From Candidatus Eiseniibacteriota bacterium (GTDB lineage: Bacteria; Eisenbacteria; RBG-16-71-46; CAIMUX01; VGJL01), in assembly GCA_963792585.1 (NCBI GenBank), contig CAWBWI010000005.1, forward strand, positions 64,001-128,000: 64,000 nt of DNA, in the 5' to 3' direction. Both the position numbers and the translations under genes were made by a program. Positions 60,035-64,000 of the stretch are shown here, piece after piece (the stretch's first letter is position 1; the number at the start of each line of letters is the position of its first letter). The notes beneath the pieces are model-generated. The model did no database searches, was not told the DNA's origin, and was given only the letters and a program-made list of their open reading frames with translations.

Positions 60035-60955
60035 GTGGCGATCCGCCGATCCCCATTCGTCATCGTCAATCCCGCCGCGGGGAGGGGTCGGGGCGAACGC
60101 CGGATGGCGAGCTACCTGAGTCTCCTCCGTCGGTACCTCGGCCCCCTGGAGCCCGCGATCACCGCCCACCCAGGAGATGAGACGATGCTCGTCGATCGCG
60201 CCCTCGCGGTCGGCTTCGACGCGATCATCGCGATCGGCGGCGACGGCACGTTGAGCGCGGTGGCGGACCGCGTCGTTCGATCGGGCGTGCACGGGGTCGC
60301 CGTCGGCCTCCTTCCCGCCGGCACCGGAAACGACTTCGGGAAATCGCTGGGGATCCGCTACGAGCGCGCCGAGCAGGTCGTCAAGGCGATCGCGGATCGG
60401 AGGACGATCACGATCGACGTCGGTCGCGTCGAGGAACGCACCTTCGTCAACATCGTCGGCTTCGGCTTCGACATCGCGGTGATCGACGATTCGGCCAAGG
60501 TCCCGCTCCTGAAGGGGGACATTCTCTATCGGTTCTCCGCGATGCGTCAGCTCTTCCGCTTCCCGGGCATCGATATCGGGGTCTCCACGGACGGAACGCC
60601 GGCCGCGATGAGGATGCACTTGATGCTGATCGTCGCCAACGCGAGGATCTTCGGCGGATCGTTCCAGATCGCCCCCAGGGCCGACCTGCAGGACGGCCTC
60701 CTCGACATCGTCTCGATCTTCAACGCGGGACCGATCCGGCGGATGCAGCTCTTCGGCCGCGCGTCGAGCGGCACCCACGTGGGCGAATCGGACGTGGAAG
60801 TCCGTCAGACATCGAAGTGCCTGCTCCGCTTCCATGAACCGGTGCGCTATGAGGTCGACGGCGAGGTCTATCTCTCGAAGGGCCCCGACATCACGATCGA
60901 AAACGTGCCCGGGGCCTTGACGATCTTCGTTCCCGATCCGGAGGGCGGACCGTGA
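60035..60955 (+). CDS. Diacylglycerol/sphingosine kinase family lipid kinase
   Basis: NPAAG, GGDGT, PAGTGNDF, GFD, DGLLD, VDGE. Confidence 0.92.
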   Translation: MAIRRSPFVIVNPAAGRGRGERRMASYLSLLRRYLGPLEPAITAHPGDETMLVDRALAVGFDAIIAIGGDGTLSAVADRVVRSGVHGVAVGLLPAGTGNDFGKSLGIRYERAEQVVKAIADRRTITIDVGRVEERTFVNIVGFGFDIAVIDDSAKVPLLKGDILYRFSAMRQLFRFPGIDIGVSTDGTPAAMRMHLMLIVANARIFGGSFQIAPRADLQDGLLDIVSIFNAGPIRRMQLFGRASSGTHVGESDVEVRQTSKCLLRFHEPVRYEVDGEVYLSKGPDITIENVPGALTIFVPDPEGGP

Positions 60956-62196
60956 GGGCGATCACCTTCGACGCCTCGATCCCCCGCTATCTCGCGACCC
61001 GCATCGCGGGGGGAATCGGACGGAATCTGCTGACCGGCGCGGGGCGCTGCACGCGCGTCGCGGAGGTTCCGGATCCGACCCTTCCGGGCGATCGGTGGGT
61101 GCGGATCCGCACGCTCCTCGGCGGGATCTGCGGCAGCGATCTGGGGCTCGTTCGGCTCGACGTCTCCCCCTCGACCTCTCCCTTCAGCTCCTCCCCCTTC
61201 GTGATCGGGCACGAGAACGTGGGCGTCGTGACCGAGGTCGGTTCCGCCGTGCGGCGTCTCCGTCCGGGAGATCGGGTTGTCGCCGACCCGCTCCTGCCCT
61301 GCACGGTCCGCGCGATCTCCCCTGCCTGCCGCGGGTGCGCCGAAGGTCACCCCTCCCGGTGCGAGCGATTCACGGACGGCGCCATCGCGCCGGGCATGCT
61401 CCTCGGGACCACACGGGGGCTCGGCGGCAGCTGGGGATCCGCGTACGTGGCCCACGAGGAACAGGTCGTCTGCGTCCCTCCGGGGGTGAGCGATTCCGCC
61501 GCGGTATTGCTCGAGCCGTTCACCTGTCTCCTCTCCCCCGTCCTCGCACACCCACCCGCGCCGGGGGCCCGTGTGCTCGTGATCGGCGCCGGCGCGATCG
61601 GCCTCATGGCCGTTGCGGCGCTCACGGCGGTCGAGCCCGCCGCGCGACTGACCGTCCTCGCGCGTCACGCATTCCAGGGCGAGCACGCGGAACGCCTCGG
61701 GGCCGCGCGGATCGTGCGCGCACGCCGTGCGGAGGCCGGATTCGCTGAGGCCCTCGCGCAGGAATCGGGCGGACGCCTGCTCCAGCCGATCCTGGGTCCG
61801 AAGATCATGACCGGCGGCTTCGATCTGAGCGTCGTCTGCGCCGGCAATGATGAGGCGGTTGATGCCGCGCTTCGTTTCACCCGCGCGGGGGGAACGGTTC
61901 TGCTCGTCGCAAACGTGGTCCGGCTGCGCTCGATCGATTGGACTCCGGTATGGATGAAGCAGCTCGCGGTGCGCGGCAGCGTCTGCTCGGACCGCCATGC
62001 GATCGACGGGAACCGCCGATCGACCTTCGAGATCGGGATGGAGATGCTGGACCGGGGGCTGGCCGCCAGGCTCGAGCCGCTGGTCACGCACGCGTTTCCG
62101 ATCGCGCGCTACCGCGAAGCCCTCGCCGTCGCCTTCGGAAGGCCGGCGACGCCACACGTGAAGGTCGTCTTCGAGCACGCGGGGACGGGCGCGTGA
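60952..62196 (+). CDS. Zinc-dependent medium-chain dehydrogenase
   Basis: GICGSD, GHE, structural Cys cluster, GAGAIG. Confidence 0.9.
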   Translation: MRAITFDASIPRYLATRIAGGIGRNLLTGAGRCTRVAEVPDPTLPGDRWVRIRTLLGGICGSDLGLVRLDVSPSTSPFSSSPFVIGHENVGVVTEVGSAVRRLRPGDRVVADPLLPCTVRAISPACRGCAEGHPSRCERFTDGAIAPGMLLGTTRGLGGSWGSAYVAHEEQVVCVPPGVSDSAAVLLEPFTCLLSPVLAHPPAPGARVLVIGAGAIGLMAVAALTAVEPAARLTVLARHAFQGEHAERLGAARIVRARRAEAGFAEALAQESGGRLLQPILGPKIMTGGFDLSVVCAGNDEAVDAALRFTRAGGTVLLVANVVRLRSIDWTPVWMKQLAVRGSVCSDRHAIDGNRRSTFEIGMEMLDRGLAARLEPLVTHAFPIARYREALAVAFGRPATPHVKVVFEHAGTGA

Positions 62197-62753
62197 TCTG
62201 GGCGAAGAAGATCCTCCTTTCGCGCTTCCTCTGGCTCCTGCTGGGCGTGCTCGGGACCTCCCTGATCGCCCGTCACTGGGTCCTCGCGGAGGGAGGACCC
62301 CGCGAGGCGGTATCTCACTGGGGGATATGGGCTCCGATCGGCTCCGTGGTCCTGCAGACGATCTCCACCCCCGCGCCGGGCGGAGCGCTCTGTCTGAGCA
62401 TGATCAACGGCGCGCTCTACCGGCTCTGGATCGCCGTCCTCGTCAACCTCGTGAGCGGAGTGCTGGGCGCGATGGGGATGTATTTCGTTTGGAGGCGCGG
62501 GGGCAAGGAGTTCGCGGTGCGGGAGCGGATGCAGGCGCTTCCCCCCTGGCTCCGCCGTCACGTCGGCGACAACCTCCCCGCCCTCACTCTCCTCCGCCTG
62601 GTCCCCTGGGCGGGCGGCGGCCTCGCCGACATGATCGCGGGGACCCATCACGTCCCCCTGCGCACGCAGTTCCTGAGCTGCTTGATCGGATACATTCCCG
62701 GGTCGCTTCTCTACGCCCTCGCCGGCAAGGGGATCGTCCACCTGTGGTGGTAG
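62193..62753 (+). CDS. VTT/TVP38 (DedA superfamily) membrane protein
   Basis: Hydrophobic, 'LLRLVPW', 'IGYIPG'; GTG overlaps the upstream stop. Confidence 0.75.
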   Translation: MIWAKKILLSRFLWLLLGVLGTSLIARHWVLAEGGPREAVSHWGIWAPIGSVVLQTISTPAPGGALCLSMINGALYRLWIAVLVNLVSGVLGAMGMYFVWRRGGKEFAVRERMQALPPWLRRHVGDNLPALTLLRLVPWAGGGLADMIAGTHHVPLRTQFLSCLIGYIPGSLLYALAGKGIVHLWW

Positions 62754-63205
62754 GGCCGGCCCGGAGAGGTCTTCGGCGATTCACCCCCGTCGCATCGCAC
62801 CGGACGCACCTGCTCCTCGCCGCGCTGATGTGGTCCCTGGCCGGGACCGGTCTCTGTCTCGCCGGGACGATCTGGGTGCTGGGCGCGCACGAACCCTACG
62901 CGATCCCCATACTCGCCGCGGCGGCCGCGGTCGGCTGGCTCAAGGCGCGCTTCCTGCTGCGAAAGACCGCACGGAGGATCGTTCGCAGAATCGGCGAGCG
63001 GGGCGGGGACCGCTGCATCGGCGGGTTCCTGTCGTGGAAGAGCTGGGCCATGGTCGCTTCCATGATCCTGCTCGGACGGCTGTTGCGGATGAGCCCCCTG
63101 CCCGCTCCCTGGCGCGGCGCGATCTACTTCGCGATCGGCGCCGCCTTGTTGATCGCGAGCCGCGCCGTCTGGACGGCGTGGCGCGACCGATCCCCCGCCG
63201 TCTAG
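62747..63205 (+). CDS. Conserved hypothetical membrane protein
   Basis: Four TM-like segments, 'LLLAALMWSLAG', 'RCIGGFLSWKSW'. Confidence 0.65.
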   Translation: MVGPARRGLRRFTPVASHRTHLLLAALMWSLAGTGLCLAGTIWVLGAHEPYAIPILAAAAAVGWLKARFLLRKTARRIVRRIGERGGDRCIGGFLSWKSWAMVASMILLGRLLRMSPLPAPWRGAIYFAIGAALLIASRAVWTAWRDRSPAV

Positions 63206-64000
63206 ACCCGCTCGATCCGCTCGGTCTCGAAGATCAGCTCGAGCCAGAGGTTCGTCAGCTTCTCCTGGAGCGAGTTCATCCGCAAGCGGTCGGCAAGGTT
63301 TCCGAAGTCGACCTCGTCGAGGATCTGGTCCTGGCAGAAACAGGTGAACACAGCATGCGACGGCGCGCCGGTCTTCGGATCGAGGTGCTGCTGGAGGCAC
63401 TGCGCGCAGACCTCCTTGAGCATGCACTGCATCGACGAGTTGATGCTCCCGATCGCCGTATGCGGGCCGAGGTGCGGCTTGAGCACGGCGTGGCGCGCCG
63501 CCTTCACGGCCGCCATCATCCTGTCCGATCCGATCGCGAGGATCCGGTTGACCTCGCTCAAGGGGAAGACGGTTTCGCCGAAGCCGCCGGTCGCATAGGC
63601 GACCATCGACTCGACGATGTTGCCCCGGAAGTGCCTGTCTTGCGGTCGTTGCGGGACGATCTCCGCGCCCCGGTCGGTGGACCAGATCACCTGATCGGTG
63701 GCCGATTCGATCTCCTCGCGCTTGAAGAGATCCACGCCATCCTTGTAGCCGGCGAAGTAGACGACCCGGTTGCCTCCATCCCGCATTGCCTTGGCGATCG
63801 AGAAGAGGACCGCATTGCCCAACCCTCCTCCGGCCAGGAGGACCTTCTCTCCGTGCGGGATCTCGGTCGGCGCGCCGGTCGGTCCCATCACGACGAGCCG
63901 CTGACCCGGCTTCAGCGTCGCGCAGAGGCGTGAGGAGGCGCCCATCTCGAGGACGATGAGACTCAGAAGCCCCTTCGCCTTGTCGACCCATGCGCCGGTG
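63202..64000 (-). CDS. C-terminal part of an FAD/NAD-binding 2Fe-2S oxidoreductase (PyrK/NfnA-like domain); partial
   Basis: MGPTG, GGGLGNA, AIGSDRMM, MQCMLKEVCAQC...C; the frame is open to the window edge. Confidence 0.8.
   Translation of the reverse strand, partial: TGAWVDKAKGLLSLIVLEMGASSRLCATLKPGQRLVVMGPTGAPTEIPHGEKVLLAGGGLGNAVLFSIAKAMRDGGNRVVYFAGYKDGVDLFKREEIESATDQVIWSTDRGAEIVPQRPQDRHFRGNIVESMVAYATGGFGETVFPLSEVNRILAIGSDRMMAAVKAARHAVLKPHLGPHTAIGSINSSMQCMLKEVCAQCLQQHLDPKTGAPSHAVFTCFCQDQILDEVDFGNLADRLRMNSLQEKLTNLWLELIFETERIERV

Overview
High-GC, gene-dense bacterial chromosome segment with about 50 CDSs. No rRNA, intact tRNA, CRISPR array, integrase or transposase is visible. Many secreted proteins end in FlgD-Ig/T9SS-like domains or a 'TTWGxI[KR]xx[FY]R' tail, which suggests an FCB-related candidate phylum such as Ca. 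Eisenbacteria (inference). Housekeeping and metabolic genes include dsbD (partial), lemA-htpX, uvrA, phhA, aroC, tag, typA and fahA. Top finding: a secreted, CBM6-like protein (43077-43646) whose apparent UGA stop is followed by a bacterial SECIS-like hairpin. An in-frame 60-aa extension then ends in the same TTWG tail as two neighbouring proteins, so this is a probable unannotated selenoprotein. It is divergent from a CxxC redoxin/beta-barrel fusion. Also notable: a lipid cluster (SPT-like, DAGK-family kinase, Tam41-like cytidylyltransferase, CDP-alcohol phosphotransferase, PlsC, DedA) suggesting phospho-sphingolipid synthesis; a divergent PEP-CTERM pair, one carrying thioester-domain motifs; tandem Cys-rich paralogs with a ~99% identical 264-bp block; a probable CTG start; and an OmpA deletion scar. 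About five 1-2 nt frameshifts in homopolymer/dinucleotide runs look like long-read assembly errors.
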